A DNA stretch of 64,000 nucleotides from NCBI RefSeq assembly GCF_001194135.2, contig NC_068994.1, positions 12,776,707 through 12,840,706 on the forward strand, in the 5' to 3' direction. The notes under the pieces are model-generated. The model was not told the DNA's origin, ran no database searches, and saw nothing but the letters and a program-made list of their open reading frames with translations. This document shows, one piece after another, positions 12,141 to 25,480 of the stretch (positions within the stretch are counted from its first letter, which is position 1; each line of letters opens with the position of its first letter). This DNA comes from Octopus bimaculoides. Lineage: Eukaryota. A program made the position numbers and the translations under genes.

Positions 12141-13500
12141 ACCCCATTCACAGATCTGCTGTATCACAATAAATTTTTGAGCAAAATGGTTTGTGTAAAG
12201 TCAATAATTTAATAATAGAGTAGTAAGAAGAACTGTGTCAAATGTTCTGACACCATTTGCATAAAAGCAAGAAACAAACAAACAAAAACGGACAAACAAA
12301 CTAACAAACAAACAACTGCATCATGAAACTAAAATGCATGCACGATGCTCTGTGTGTATGTGCATGTAGGATTTTTGTGTTTAGGTGTGTGTGTAAGTGT
12401 ATGTAGTTGTTTATGCGTGTGTGTATGTGTGTGTGTGTGTAATGATAGTTAAAAAAGACCAAGATGTTTGTCTTATCTTGAATGAAATAAGGTGGCAGTG
12501 GTGGTGGTGGTGGTGNNNNNNNNNNNNNNNNNNNNNNNNNNNNNNNNNNNNNNNNNNNNNNNNNNNNNNNNNNNNNNNNNNNNNNNNNNNNNNNNNNNNN
12601 NNNNNNNNNNNNNNNNNNNNNNNNNNNNNNNNNNNNNNNNNNNNNNNNNNNNNNNNNNNNNNNNNNNNNNNNNNNNNNNNNNNNNNNNNNNNNNNNNNNN
12701 NNNNNNNNNNNNNNNNNNNNNNNNNNNNNNNNNNNNNNNNNNNNNNNNNNNNNNNNNNNNNNNNNNNNNNNNNNNNNNNNNNNNNNNNNNNNNNNNNNNN
12801 NNNNNNNNNNNNNNNNNNNNNNNNNNNNNNNNNNNNNNNNNNNNNNNNNNNNNNNNNNNNNNNNNNNNNNNNNNNNNNNNNNNNNNNNNNNNNNNNNNNN
12901 NNNNNNNNNNNNNNNNNNNNNNNNNNNNNNNNNNNNNNNNNNNNNNNNNNNNNNNNNNNNNNNNNNNNNNNNNNNNNNNNNNNNNNNNNNNNNNNNNNNN
13001 NNNNNNNNNNNNNNNNNNNNNNNNNNNNNNNNNNNNNNNNNNNNNNNNNNNNNNNNNNNNNNNNNNNNNNNNNNNNNNNNNNNNNNNNNNNNNNNNNNNN
13101 NNNNNNNNNNNNNNNNNNNNNNNNNNNNNNNNNNNNNNNNNNNNNNNNNNNNNNNNNNNNNNNNNNNNNNNNNNNNNNNNNNNNNNNNNNNNNNNNNNNN
13201 NNNNNNNNNNNNNNNNNNNNNNNNNNNNNNNNNNNNNNNNNNNNNNNNNNNNNNNNNNNNNNNNNNNNNNNNNNNNNNNNNNNNNNNNNNNNNNNNNNNN
13301 NNNNNNNNNNNNNNNNNNNNNNNNNNNNNNNNNNNNNNNNNNNNNNNNNNNNNNNNNNNNNNNNNNNNNNNNNNNNNNNNNNNNNNNNNNNNNNNNNNNN
13401 NNNNNNNNNNNNNNNNNNNNNNNNNNNNNNNNNNNNNNNNNNNNNNNNNNNNNNNNNNNNNNNNNNNNNNNNNNNNNNNNNNNNNNNNNNNNNNNNNNNN

Positions 13501-13551
<51 letters not shown>

Positions 13552-13934
13552 GTGTGTGAGTGTGTGTATATATCTATGTGTGTGTCTGTATTTGTCCCCC
13601 ATCACCACTTGACAACCAGTTTTGGTGTGTTTATACCCCTGTAACCTAGTGGTTCAGCAAAAGTGACCGATTGAATAAGTACTAGGTTTAAAAAATTAGT
13701 CCTGCATTCAATTTGTTCTACTAAAATCCTTCAAGGGGGTGCTCCAGCAAGTCTGCAGTCAAATGACTGAAACAAATAAAAGAATAAAAGAATTAGCACA
13801 AAAAATACTTTTATCCTAGTGTAGCTCTAGTTTTCCTCTACAATTTTTGTTTATTATTTTTGAACTTGGAATAAATTTTACCTCTTTTTCAAACATATGA
13901 CAATGGAGTGCCAAGCTGAAAAAGAAAAAGAAGA

Positions 13935-14270
13935 GAATAAAATGAGCATTTTCAATGCTGGCTTTTCTTTGCTTTTAACAAAGATTCCAAAACTGCCAAA
14001 ACCATTTGAGAAATATGTTCTGTGTACAGAGAAAGGATGGTTGCAAAAAGTACTGCACAGAAATGGTTTTCTCATTTCATGGAGGGGAATTTGACATCAC
14101 AGTTTCCCTGCATTCTGGCTGACCTGTTTAGTTTAATGAGGATTGATTTAATCAGCCTGTTCATGAGGATTTGTGTCAATCCATTAAGGAACTGGATCAG
14201 CAGATGGGCTTGTTGAACATCAGCTAGAAGTTGTGAACAAAGAAGGAGAATATACGATTGGCTGATTTGT
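13935..14270 (+). mobile_element. Mariner transposase N-terminal (HTH) relic
   Basis: HFQCWLFFAFNKDSKTAKTI*EICSVYRERMVAKSTAQKWFSHFMEGN resembles mariner H.R..LL..F.KG......EIC.VYG......TAQKWF..F..G; contains stops and frameshifts. Confidence 0.8.
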
Positions 14271-15464
14271 TGAAATTATTGATGAAAAGTAAGGATTATA
14301 ATAAATGGGGAAAAAAAAGAAGAAAACTAGCAAATATATCTGGTTAGCCAATAGTAAGTTTTAATAAGTATATTGTGCTGTTTTGTTTGTATCCTGCTTG
14401 ATGGAGTTTCCTGACAATTATGAAGAAACAGTGCTCTGTTATTCAATCAATAAGCCTAATTACTCACTGAACTCCCGCATAAATATACTGCACACACACA
14501 CACCTATCCTCTTTACCAGCACAAGACTACGTTTAATTGCATTAGAATAGTTGATAGGACACCTACGAATCAACTTAAGCTAGTCATTTTTACTGTGTCT
14601 TATACGACACCAATGTACTTCAATATCAATGGGCCATTCTATTGCATAATTCACTGCAATTGACGAAATCTTTGTTGGCCTGCAGTGCTGTGTTTAGTTC
14701 ATTTGGTGGAGATATTTTATCTGACGAATAACGGTGTTCATACAAGGGAGGTAAATCTACGGAATCTATTAGGGCCCAAGGGAAATAACTCTAAATCCGG
14801 ATTTTTTTTGTTTTTGTTTTTGTTTTTGTTAAATAGAATAGCAGTCGAGATAAATCGACAGCTACACAGTGACGTTCGAACACGGCATCTGTTTCCATTT
14901 TCCAGGAAACTTGCTCTCAAGGTGTAAGTATGAGTGATTATTTAAGATGTTCTCATCTCATCCATGTGGTTTCGGATCAAATCCCATTCGCAGTTCACTG
15001 AACAAGTGTCTTCTACTGAAGCCTTAGGTCGATGGTAGAATATGGTAACCTTTTTTTTCTCTTCAAGTGGTTCTTGAAAAAGTTGTGTATTTTTTTCCTC
15101 TTTGTTTAGATCCTTCCTCATAACACCCCTACTCCCTGATTTGGAATGCTCCCAGCCTGCTGTCAGTTACTATAGACAGCTATTAAGACATTAGCAGACA
15201 AATGCAGTACGTAACCAAAAACTTTCGAGGACAGACCTCTTTATCTGTTCACTTCTTCTTTATTGAAATCGGGATTTTCACAGCATCCCGCATCTTTGCA
15301 TGGGATTAACCACTGACTATGGAGGTAGCCATCGAAGTCTACTATCTGAAGTGAGTTACTCCTCGAGACCATTTCGGCAAGGTCCCGCTGAAAAATTAAA
15401 TATCACATGCCCATTGTAATCCACCAAAGATTGAAATATCACTTTGTTGGCACACTGCCCTATT

Positions 15465-16340
15465 GGATCTTTCTGATTTGACGGGCAACACTTGTTTTCT
15501 TAACGAAACACTTTCAAACTTGGGACACTGGTAGAATGTGTCATATAAAACAACTTCTTCTCTTAACCTTCTTAACAAAAAATTGTACATCGCAAATTAT
15601 TTCATGTTAAAGTTGTCGTATTTCTGTAATTTCAACCAATCACTGACGTCTATTCAGCTGAATACAGTTAGTGCTGTTCGGTGTCAAGTGTGTTATTCCC
15701 TGTTTAATTATATCATTATTCCCTAGTAAGGGTTTAGGGTTTTAGGGTTAGGGTTGGGGTTGGGGTTAGGGTTAGGGTTAGGGTTATGAGTTATAGGGTT
15801 AGAGTTAAGGTTATGGCAAAAATAATCATAACCCTAACTGTAATCCTAAAACTAACTCTAACTCTAANNNNNNNNNNNNNNNNNNNNNNNNNNNNNNNNN
15901 NNNNNNNNNNNNNNNNNNNNNNNNNNNNNNNNNNNNNNNNNNNNNNNNNNNNNNNNNNNNNNNNNNNNNNNNNNNNNNNNNNNNNNNNNCCTAACCCTAA
16001 AACCCTAAAGCTAAAACCAGTAAAAACGCACGAACGATGTCTTAAATAACAGTGACACGGATAGTTTTTGTTGACAAACAACGGCACTAATTTTATTCAA
16101 GGGAAAAAATCCCGTAACACCGTTGTTTATATTCCACGGCGTAATTGTTTTCACCTCAATAGACGTCAGTGATTGGTTGAAATTACCGAAATACGACAAC
16201 TTTTTTACATGAAATAACTTCGAATACAAAATTTTTTATCTGTTCTATACCACAAAATATACAAGTTTTCGAAGTTTGAAAGTGTTTCGGTACCAAAAAC
16301 ACTACATAAAAAAATGTTGCCCGTCAAATCACAAGGATCC
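15465..16340. mobile_element. Merlin-like MITE with long TIRs, 8-bp TSD and central inverted telomere-type repeats
   Basis: TSD GCCCTATT at 15457-15464 and 16341-16348; termini ggatctttctgatttgacgggcaaca / tgttgcccgtcaaatcacaaggatcc; ~200-bp arms; TTAGGG array 15730-15800 and CCCTAA-type 15820-16010. Confidence 0.85.
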
Positions 16341-18263
16341 GCCCTATTCCCTCTATTTGCGTCTATCGAAAGCTTTTGATCCTTTATACTTCAGAATATG
16401 TACCCTAACACGAACAATGCATTCTCCGTGTTTTATTTAGAGGAAGTGCTCAAGAGACACTCTTACCGCAAGCACAACGTAAGCGATGACATTTCTCTTT
16501 CGCTACATCTTGCCCATTCACTAGTGCCCTTCTCTGTTTCAAATATTTGCTTAAACTGACAGATTCTGTTCTTATTTTCTTTCTTAGTGAGACCCATCAC
16601 TTATTGAAAATCGCACCCATCTGTTCTCGCTTCATGAATTCGCTTGGTTGTTCCCTGATATCTTCCCATGTCAAGAAAATGCATTCGGTTTCCAGTACAC
16701 TCTGTTTACTAATTTGTCTATGTTGATGTATGAATATCGCATATTTGTAGTCTCTATAGCCAATTACCAAAAATTGTGGACAAATTCACATTAACCCTAA
16801 TGGAAACTCTAAATATGATCTGGATGACCTTTTGCACATTGTGTCGGCTCGCACTGACAGATGTAGGAAACCTAGGTTATATTTGCTCGAAAACCGGAAG
16901 TTTCTGAGCAGGATTGCAAGGCTTGTACACCCACCTTTCCTATCTGTTATTCTTACACAATCCCTGCACACGTCTCACATGTTCCCAATGCTCCCTAACA
17001 TTAATGAGCTAAATGTTCCAAGGAAAGCCTCTCGACGTCGGAAGAAATCTGACCTAAAGCCCATGTTGGTGCATAAACGGATACAAGTCTGAAATTATTA
17101 CCACTTACATTGCTGGAACTCCTCCTCCTCATCATCATCCCCCTCTTCCTTCTCCCCTCCCCCTCTTCCTCCTCCTCCTCCTCCTCCTTCTTCCATTAGT
17201 CATCAATGTAAGAGATGTCTACTCAACATTGACCAGTCCACCTTTAACTCTGCTAGTCTCTTGCTCTTCAAAGCTTACCCTTGAGATACTCTATTTAACT
17301 CTTAGGCAGGGGGATTGTTTCACACAAAAGCAGGGCATGTCCGCACACTAGTGTAGCCTGTGTGGTACATGTTTAAGGACCAACCCCGCTCCGATTCTTT
17401 TATGTCATAACCACAGAACCATCTTCTGTTATTTGACCCATAACTGGAGCCCTTGACAGGCACTAACATCCTGGACCTTGCAGACCTGGGAGTAGTGGGA
17501 ACTAAGTGGTAACTTTATATTCTCATAATCTTCTGAACTCCCTAGCTGGAGCTTTAACACAAAATACAGTTTAATGTCTCACTCAGGATACATGCCTATC
17601 TATATGGGTAGTAAAAAGTTCTGTTGACTTGTGTCAGACATTATGATGGGAACAACACACCCTGTTAATTATAGGAATTATGTGATACTAACTCCATTAT
17701 TATCTCTTTCAAAGGTAACACTATCTGAGATCGCTATTTTGTTGTTTCAAATTACGATCTTTTGAACAATTTTCATTATAGTTAATAGTTGTTGTTTGAC
17801 CCAAGGTCAAAATTGATTGAGCGAAAAAAGTGTGACCAAAAGCATTCCAGCTATGACAATCTTGCATGTTTAGGAGTATCTGGGAGTGTATTGTCTTGTA
17901 CTGTTGTAATATTAGAGTTTGGTAGTTGGGGGTCCGAAAATGAAAGAGAGATAATAGAAACAATTGAAATTGATAAATGGAACTGATTATAATGAAATTA
18001 TTATTGTATTTTGATAGCTAAAAGATGCACAGGAATATTAAATGCACCCTAATTTCAGTAATGCATACTCAGGAAAAAAATATTCAGTGTATTAAAGCGT
18101 GCAATATTTAAACCAATCTAGCAGTACATTACAAAACATTGTTAAAGTACCTTAACTCTAGCAGAAAACATTACTGTATATAACAGGTAAGCAATAAAGT
18201 TGAATATGAAGCAAAAATCTATCTATCATTCTATCTATCAATCTGTTCTTGTCTATCTACTTA

Positions 18264-20712
18264 GGATCTTTTCTGTTTGGCTGCCACTTTTCAATTTCTT
18301 TAATTTTTCTTTCAGTTGATTTCATAATTGGTGTATTGGTGTAGTTTTTTAATAGTAATCATTGACATGAAATTCATTTTCACCATAAATCAACAAATAA
18401 AGAGGTAATAGCTTTTAAAATTTGCAAACTTTGGCCGCATGCACCAAATTTTAAAATTTCCAAAGGTATTTTGCTTATATTTCAATGAACCCAGAAGTTG
18501 TTGTTTGCAAACAGCAGCAGTAGTTTCCTTCAGCTGAATACACATCATTGATTGGTTAAAATTACCCAAGTATGACAACTTTAACACGAAATAACTTCTA
18601 AAATACAAAATTTATGTGACACATTCTACCAATATCCAAAGTTTCAAAGTGTTCAGTTAAAAATAATTAATTAAAAATCTGTCCATGAAACTGAATATAT
18701 CCGGTACTTGAATTTAATTCCTATCTGATTCTCTTTCTTTCCTGTTGCTTCAATTCTGTTTGATATGTATGCCTGTATAAGTATGTATATATGCGCGTAT
18801 GAGTGCATATTTGCGTGTGTGTGTGTATGACTGTGTATCTATGTACGTTTGATTACGGATAGATGCTGGGAAATGAAATGGACAAACTAATAATAAGGTA
18901 TTCTATCAATTCGCATGTCACGATTTTAAATTCACTGCAAGGTCTTACTGTACTTTTGGTCAGGTTCCTTATCTCACTTCACCTAAGGGTTAGAGAAAAT
19001 TACTAAATCATAAATCTACAAGTAGCCCTTAACTTAGAGTTTTACTCCTCCTGTTAGCGAAGAGTACCAAGTCTTTTGATTAGGATCTTTAACTTTGTGA
19101 CTTATTTTCATCTAACTACCAGTAAAAGGATCCATCCAAAATTTTGTCAAAAACATTAAGAGTAAACCCTGTTCTATATCACACATTCTACCAATATCCG
19201 AAGTTTCAAAGTGTTTAGTTAAAAAAAATTAATTAAAAAATCTGTCAGTCAAATTGAATAGATCCAATTATTGATCTTACAATAAAAAAACTCGATTCCT
19301 GAACTAGGAAATGCATTGAACGTTTGATTAAGGCTCTTCCTTTCACGTTCTCCAGGTTACTCAGTTGAAAGGAGTACTAGTCAAGTGCTGGCGCATACCT
19401 ATCTCCCTCTCTCCCACTGCTTATCACACCTTGGATATTCTGCAAAGTCAAGGTTGGGAGTGCTAAGAGTCTGTGTACAGCTGCCAGCAACTATACATGC
19501 ACCTAAAACAATTAACGAAAGCATGCTACATGCTGCTAAGTCATACTTTATGAGTGATGGCTATGGTGCATAGTTAAATGCATTCCCTTATTTATTCTAA
19601 CTTGATAACGTACTATCTTTACTTTCGCTTTGCTTGAAGCATTAGGTCTCACTACTTTCTGCTCTACTTCTCACTTCTCTCCCTTTGTTCACCTCTCACT
19701 CTGACCTTCTGACCCCCTCTCAGTCATCCTTCCCTCATTTCATATCACTCCTGAATTTGTTCGGAGTCTCTGTGGGGGAAGAAAGGACGTAGCTATCTAC
19801 AGACAATGGATTTGGCATAAACGTGTATGATAGAGTGGACTCTTCTAAAGATGGTGTATGGGGATTAACACATACTTTAAGAAATTATTATTTCTTATGT
19901 TTAATAGTTTATGTTATGATTTTATTTACTCCATGTAGCCAGACTTTGTGGACACCCTGTAGAATGGTGAGTGCCACAGCGTCGTTTATTACAGATGCTC
20001 ATGTGCTCTCCACTTGTTAAGTGTGGGTACTATCTTTCGAGTTAACAAATCCAACACTGTGGTTCACCGTTCTATGCTCAAAATTGTAACTATCAAATTC
20101 AGGAATGTGAGAGTATGACCTCCACAAATTGCTGAAAATTGTGGTTTCCGGAAGAATTGAGTGACATATGCATTCTTCCAGTGTGTCATGATTCTGACAT
20201 GGCACCGCATACAGAAAAACCTGTCTGGTCTCGCGACAGACTTCTCTGAAAACCCACTGCTTAGGTAGGACCCTTCCTCGGTTGTACATGTCTTGAGAAA
20301 ACTATGTCGTTGATCTCAACAATCTTCCCAGGACCACCAACTTGAATTGGATGACGGTGCAAGTCCTTCGCACATATTTCCCTAACATAGCTATTATAAT
20401 CAACAGCTGTGCAATGGTTCATCCCCAGTTCCTTGACACAAAACCGGACTGAAGTCAATTCCTTAATCCATGAGTAAAGGAAAAGCACTACATTCCTAAG
20501 AGGAACGGCCCCACCTTCAAACCATGTCTTTCCTCACTGACACAGACTCCAAACTTTAATAGCTAATAACCCTTTATTTCTTGATTTATAGCAAAAATGA
20601 TTTTCATGGCATCTAGTAGCCTATAAAACTGTATCATTACACTGAATATGAAATAAATTTGAACAGAAATTATTAACACTGATTGACACTGGCAGCCAAA
20701 CAGAAAAGATCT
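18264..20712 (-). mobile_element. Merlin (IS1016/IS1595-like) DNA transposon relic with ~160-bp TIRs and degenerate DDE transposase (~19990-20600)
   Basis: Minus-strand GGPGKIVEIND / YNRGRVLPKQWVF..CRETR / TTIFSNLWRSY / HRTVNHSVGFV / HT.QVEST. TIR ggatcttttctgtttggctgcca at 18264 is inverted at 20690-20712. Confidence 0.88.
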
Positions 20713-21029
20713 CTTGGTTTTCATGTCTGACGAGATGTAACTTTCATTTAAAGTTACTCACACAACCTGGCACATTTATATACTCATAACTTCTGAAATG
20801 AGATAATTGTATCTATTTCTTTTTTCTTAAAAAAAAAAAAAAAACAGGGTTAAAAGTCCTTCAAGCATGAAGTCACTATCCATCAATACTTTTATTCTTT
20901 GGGCGCTAGTCGAATGATATTTCACCCTCTTTACTAACAACATATTATATGCAGACTTTCAATTTTAAGATTACTCTCTTTGAGGATTTCATTTTCTGTA
21001 AACTTCTCCAAACAATAACTACTGTTAAA

Positions 21030-21289
21030 TCTCGGGGGATATTCAGCGTGACAAAGTGTGACAAAGCTGGTCCCTTTGAATTACAGGCACAACAGAAACA
21101 GGAAGTAAGAGTGACAGAAAGTTGTAGTGAAAGAGTACTGCAGGGTTCGCCAGCATCCCCTGCCGAAGCCTCGTGGAGCTTTAGGTGTTTTTCGCTCAAT
21201 AAACACTCACAACGCCCGGTCTGGGAATCGAAACCGCGATCCTATGACCGCGAGTCCGCTGCCCTAACTACTTGGGCCATTACGCCTCC
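21030..21289 (-). mobile_element. tRNA(Arg)-like SINE, 3'-truncated
   Basis: Reverse complement of the 6715 element, with many CpGs retained. Confidence 0.88.
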
Positions 21290-24200
21290 AAACAGAAAGG
21301 ATTATTACTATTGATAGGAGGAAAATTTCGCTGCTATTTCTAGCGCGTTGAGCGTCTGCATAAAGGCTGACAGTGTTTGTTGAAAGTAATCTCCCCTCGC
21401 TTTCTCTACCGGAAATAGGTGGAGCAGATAATGACGTGGATTCCTCAAGTTACGAAGATCCACCAAAACAAAACCAATTTTTGGTTAAGGTGATTTATAA
21501 CAACCATCTCCTCCACTAAGGTTAGCTATGCTTTTATTACAATCATCTCTTCACCCTTGGGAAACCATAACTGTCGCTGAAACAAATCGATTGTTGTTTC
21601 TCTATAAATTGGAAATGCGTTTTATAATTTGGTTTCAATGGCTTTATCCTACCCGTGTCCAGTTATTTCAGTCAAGTTTTTATTTACAAATGTCAATTTC
21701 ATCTTCAACGTCTTTCCTAAATGCAATATATTAAATGCGAATAATGTTTTTTGTTTGTTTTATAACCTAAATTTTGTTGTAATAGTTATTATACTATGTA
21801 CAGCAACATCAACTGCGAGCTAACCTCTACCAAAGCGCTTCTGTTGCTAGTAACAGCAGCCAAAGTCTTTCAAATCACACCTCCCACGGTCTTCAAACGG
21901 GTCATATTGAACGATGTAGTTCTAGATAGATAAAATAACTAGATTGCCAAGGCAAAAGTAATTTTGATCAAAGCCGACCTTGATCAAATTCTAAACATTA
22001 GAATTTCCCTCCCTAGTTCATTTACAATGCATCAACTTCTTTCCTAGCTTTTTAAAACGAATATAGTTAGTGGTAGTAATGTTTTCTTATAACCTAAATG
22101 TCATTTCGTATATATAATGCATTTTTTAAACTAAAGATTTCCAAATAATTCACTATTTACTGTTATGATTAACAAGTGTCAACTTCATATTTTGAAAATC
22201 GGATATATTACTATCATTTTATATCTTTTTAATCAAAACTGTATTTCGTATTTTATACCCGAAATAAACACTTCTTAACCTATTTCTTATTTATAATGCT
22301 TCAAACACTCGATAACAAACCCCCTTGACACAACATTCAGTTCTTTAATACAAAACCTGTTTTCTACCTTCGATCAAAGTTTAATGTAATGATTTTTGGC
22401 TTTCAAAACGAAAGCTTGCCAAATTTTTGTTCCTATCCTTCAAAATAAATAAATAGATAAATAAATAAATAGAAATAGATTAGCTATTTTACTTAAAATC
22501 CTCAAAATGTTTGTTTATTTTCGAAATTAACTGAAGCATGTAATTCTGCAACCAAACACTGACTGAAGGTAGGACCTAACTAAAATCACTGCGAAATCGT
22601 TTCATACGACAGAAACTACCCCTCCCACACAAAAACATGACAACTAGAGTGAAACTGACTGATTTTAATAGTCATTGAATTGTGTATAATAATAATATTT
22701 AATCGCGAGACGTGGGCGCTTCAGTTTGCTAGTAACAGCATCCAAAGCCTTTCAAAATCACACCCTTCGGTTCATAAAAAAAAGGCTAACATATCTTAAG
22801 AAATATACTATTATAATTCCATTTGTATTTTGGATGCCGGAAAGAAGCACACTGTCTACTTCCTTAGAAAAAATACTCGATTTGCTTCTTTCAAAAAGGT
22901 TTCAGAAATAATACAATAAACGGGAATTATGTATTCGTAGCTAAAATTCATTTCTAATACCTTTCGTGTATTATATACATTTTGTCGTTCGACCTAAACT
23001 GTTGATAGAGACCTCAACAACCTCTTTATATATTTGCGGTCTTAAACTTGAATTTATTTATATTAGTAATATATATATATATATTTATATATANNNNNNN
23101 NNNATCGAGACGGTCATGATGGAATGTCTTTGGTCGCAGGTCAGCTCGGTCACACTGTTAACTTGGAACGTGAAATCAAAACAAGTCTTTCCAATGTAGA
23201 CGCTCGACGTGCTACAAATAGCAACTAAATCTCCTTCAAATCACAGCATGCCGTTATAAAAGGTGAAAGGACACATATCTAATGCAACCCTAGATACTTC
23301 TAAAAAGTCTGAATGTCCAATACTGGCATAACCCCACCAAAAAAAAAAAACACAAGGAAACGGATTTTTGGGGTACAGGAAGAGTTTTTTTTTATAGCTT
23401 TACTAAATTGAATATATTCTCTCCTCAATGGCTTCTAATCTTATATTAAAATATTTTGATTAATAAATACAAAATAAGATTCATTGTGATTAGTCTAAAG
23501 ACACAGCAAATATTATTTACATAGCGGTAGATGCTTTATAATTCCGTATCTGAAATTATGATGAACTGAAGATAGAACGTGTTAATTAAAATATCAATGA
23601 ATGTATATTAGAATACATCTATATATCCTTTAGTTTTATAAATCCGAATATGGCTAGGAAAAACACGAGATGTGTGGCAGTAACTTAAATGATATTTAAT
23701 TTACAAGAATTATTGTTTTTCCTCCTCTTTTTCTCCTACGAACGTACAAACTCGTAAATAACATCGTTTTAGCATTCACATTTCTTTAAGCGTTTACATT
23801 ATATATATATATATAGATAGATATAGATATATATGGGGAACGTGTATGTTTATGTATATCTATCTACTTATCTACCTATCTATCTATCTACCTACCTACC
23901 TACCTATCTATCTATCTATCTATCTATCTATCCATCCACTCATTCATATAATGTCAAACCTCCTTTAAAACCTACCATTAACAGACAAGCCAAGGCGAGA
24001 TCCTCTACGTGGTCTGTCTGCCTACTAGATGCAGCAGCAAAATCTCTTCCATAGCATATACCCTACCATACCACTTCACCGTCTCAAACAACGCAAGTAC
24101 GCACTAATATTATACACACCTCTGGAAAAGACAGGGTGATCACGGTTAATGGTGCTTTGATCATAGGCTTTTTTTGCTCGATCGTGATTGACCTGAGGTT

Positions 24201-24749
24201 AGATAAAAGAGCAATGTCCGTTATTTGTTCATAGACTCAAGTCGTGAATGGAATTTTTTAAATGAAAAATATAAATAAATCCTTGCTGTTGGTATCTAGA
24301 GCAGAGCATTCTTGATCGGGTATGCCCATTATTAAGGACTTTTCTGTTGTGATAGGCCCAGTATACCTCGGACTATATTATACTATGTGTTTTTATTTAT
24401 TTACGATAAGGTGTAATTTGAGTTCGCTTGCTAGTTCTTGCAGGCCGACCCACTGCGTAGATGTTGCCCTTTCGTTGTCTTGATAAATGTAGGTTTATGA
24501 TGTAAATTCGGCCTCGTCTGATCATTTATTTCGTCATAAAGAACAACGAACGACCGAAATGAAAGTCTTCAACTTGTCCAATCCGATCATATGTATGTAT
24601 GGGGGTCTGGACAGAAGGCCCCCCCCCCTAGTTAAAGTGTGAAAGTGGACAAAAGCCCCCACGGTTATATTTTTCGTTGTTAACAACAAACAAGATGAGG
24701 GCAAATATCCGTCAAATGTAAATAATATAATTTTTTTTTTCTTTTCGCC

Positions 24750-25480
24750 TTCCACTTGTTTTAGTCATTGGGCTGTGGTCATGCTGGGGCACCGCCTTGA
24801 AGAATTTTTAGTTGAATGTACCGACCTCAGAATTAAAAAAATTCTTTTACTTGTTGCAGTTATTAGACTACGGCCATGCTGGGGCACCAGCTTGAGAAAT
24901 TTTTAGTCGAATGTATCGACCCCAGAAGTTTTTTAAANNNNNNNNNNNNNNNNNNTTTTAGATGGCTGTATGGAACCCAGAATTTTTTTTTAAAGCCTGA
25001 TCAAAACCACTTCTGTATATATTTAGTTTTTTTTTTCTTTTTACTTGTTGCAGTTATTAGACTACGGCCATGCTGGGGTACCAGCTTGAGAAATTTTTAG
25101 TCGAATGTATCGACCCCAGAAGTTTTTTAAATGATTTTCAACCAGCTCATGAAGTTAAGCCTAAGAGATCGTTCTACATGCTAGAAACAACAGCCAAATC
25201 TTACAAATTTTTATACCGCTCCACCTCGGTTATATTTTTTGGTTATTCTTCATATTTTAAAAATTTTCTAAAATCGTTTTGGTTAATGTAAACATTAACC
25301 AATGTTTTTACTTGTTTCAATCATTGGACTGCGGTCATGCTGGGGCACCGCCTTGAGGAAGTTTTAGTCGACCCCAGAAACTTTTTGTGGTGATTTTCAA
25401 CCAGCACATAAAGTTAAGCCTAGAAAGTCTCTCCACTTGCTAGAAACAACAGCCAAATCTTACAAACTTTTCATTTTATA
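24750..25480 (-). repeat. Cluster of repeated SINE 3' ends
   Basis: acttgtt..cagt.att.gact.cgg.catgctgggg.acc unit at ~24755, 24848, 25043 and 25310; opposite-orientation copies at ~26040-26300. Confidence 0.75.

Noticed and set aside
12301-13644. Long ORFs of 350-435 aa, and similar ones at 33011-33629, 35642-36361, 44177-44877, 47442-48071 and 56301-57452
   Set aside because: They are open only because they cross runs of N; the flanks are microsatellite translations.
15727-16010. Ancient telomere-telomere chromosome fusion site
   Set aside because: The inverted arrays are enclosed by TIRs and an exact 8-bp TSD, which is better explained by a transposon.
16349-17092. ORF 16832-17092 and a minus-strand reading across the MITE empty site
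   Set aside because: Multiple stops and no recognisable motif; at best an ancient LINE remnant that I cannot support.
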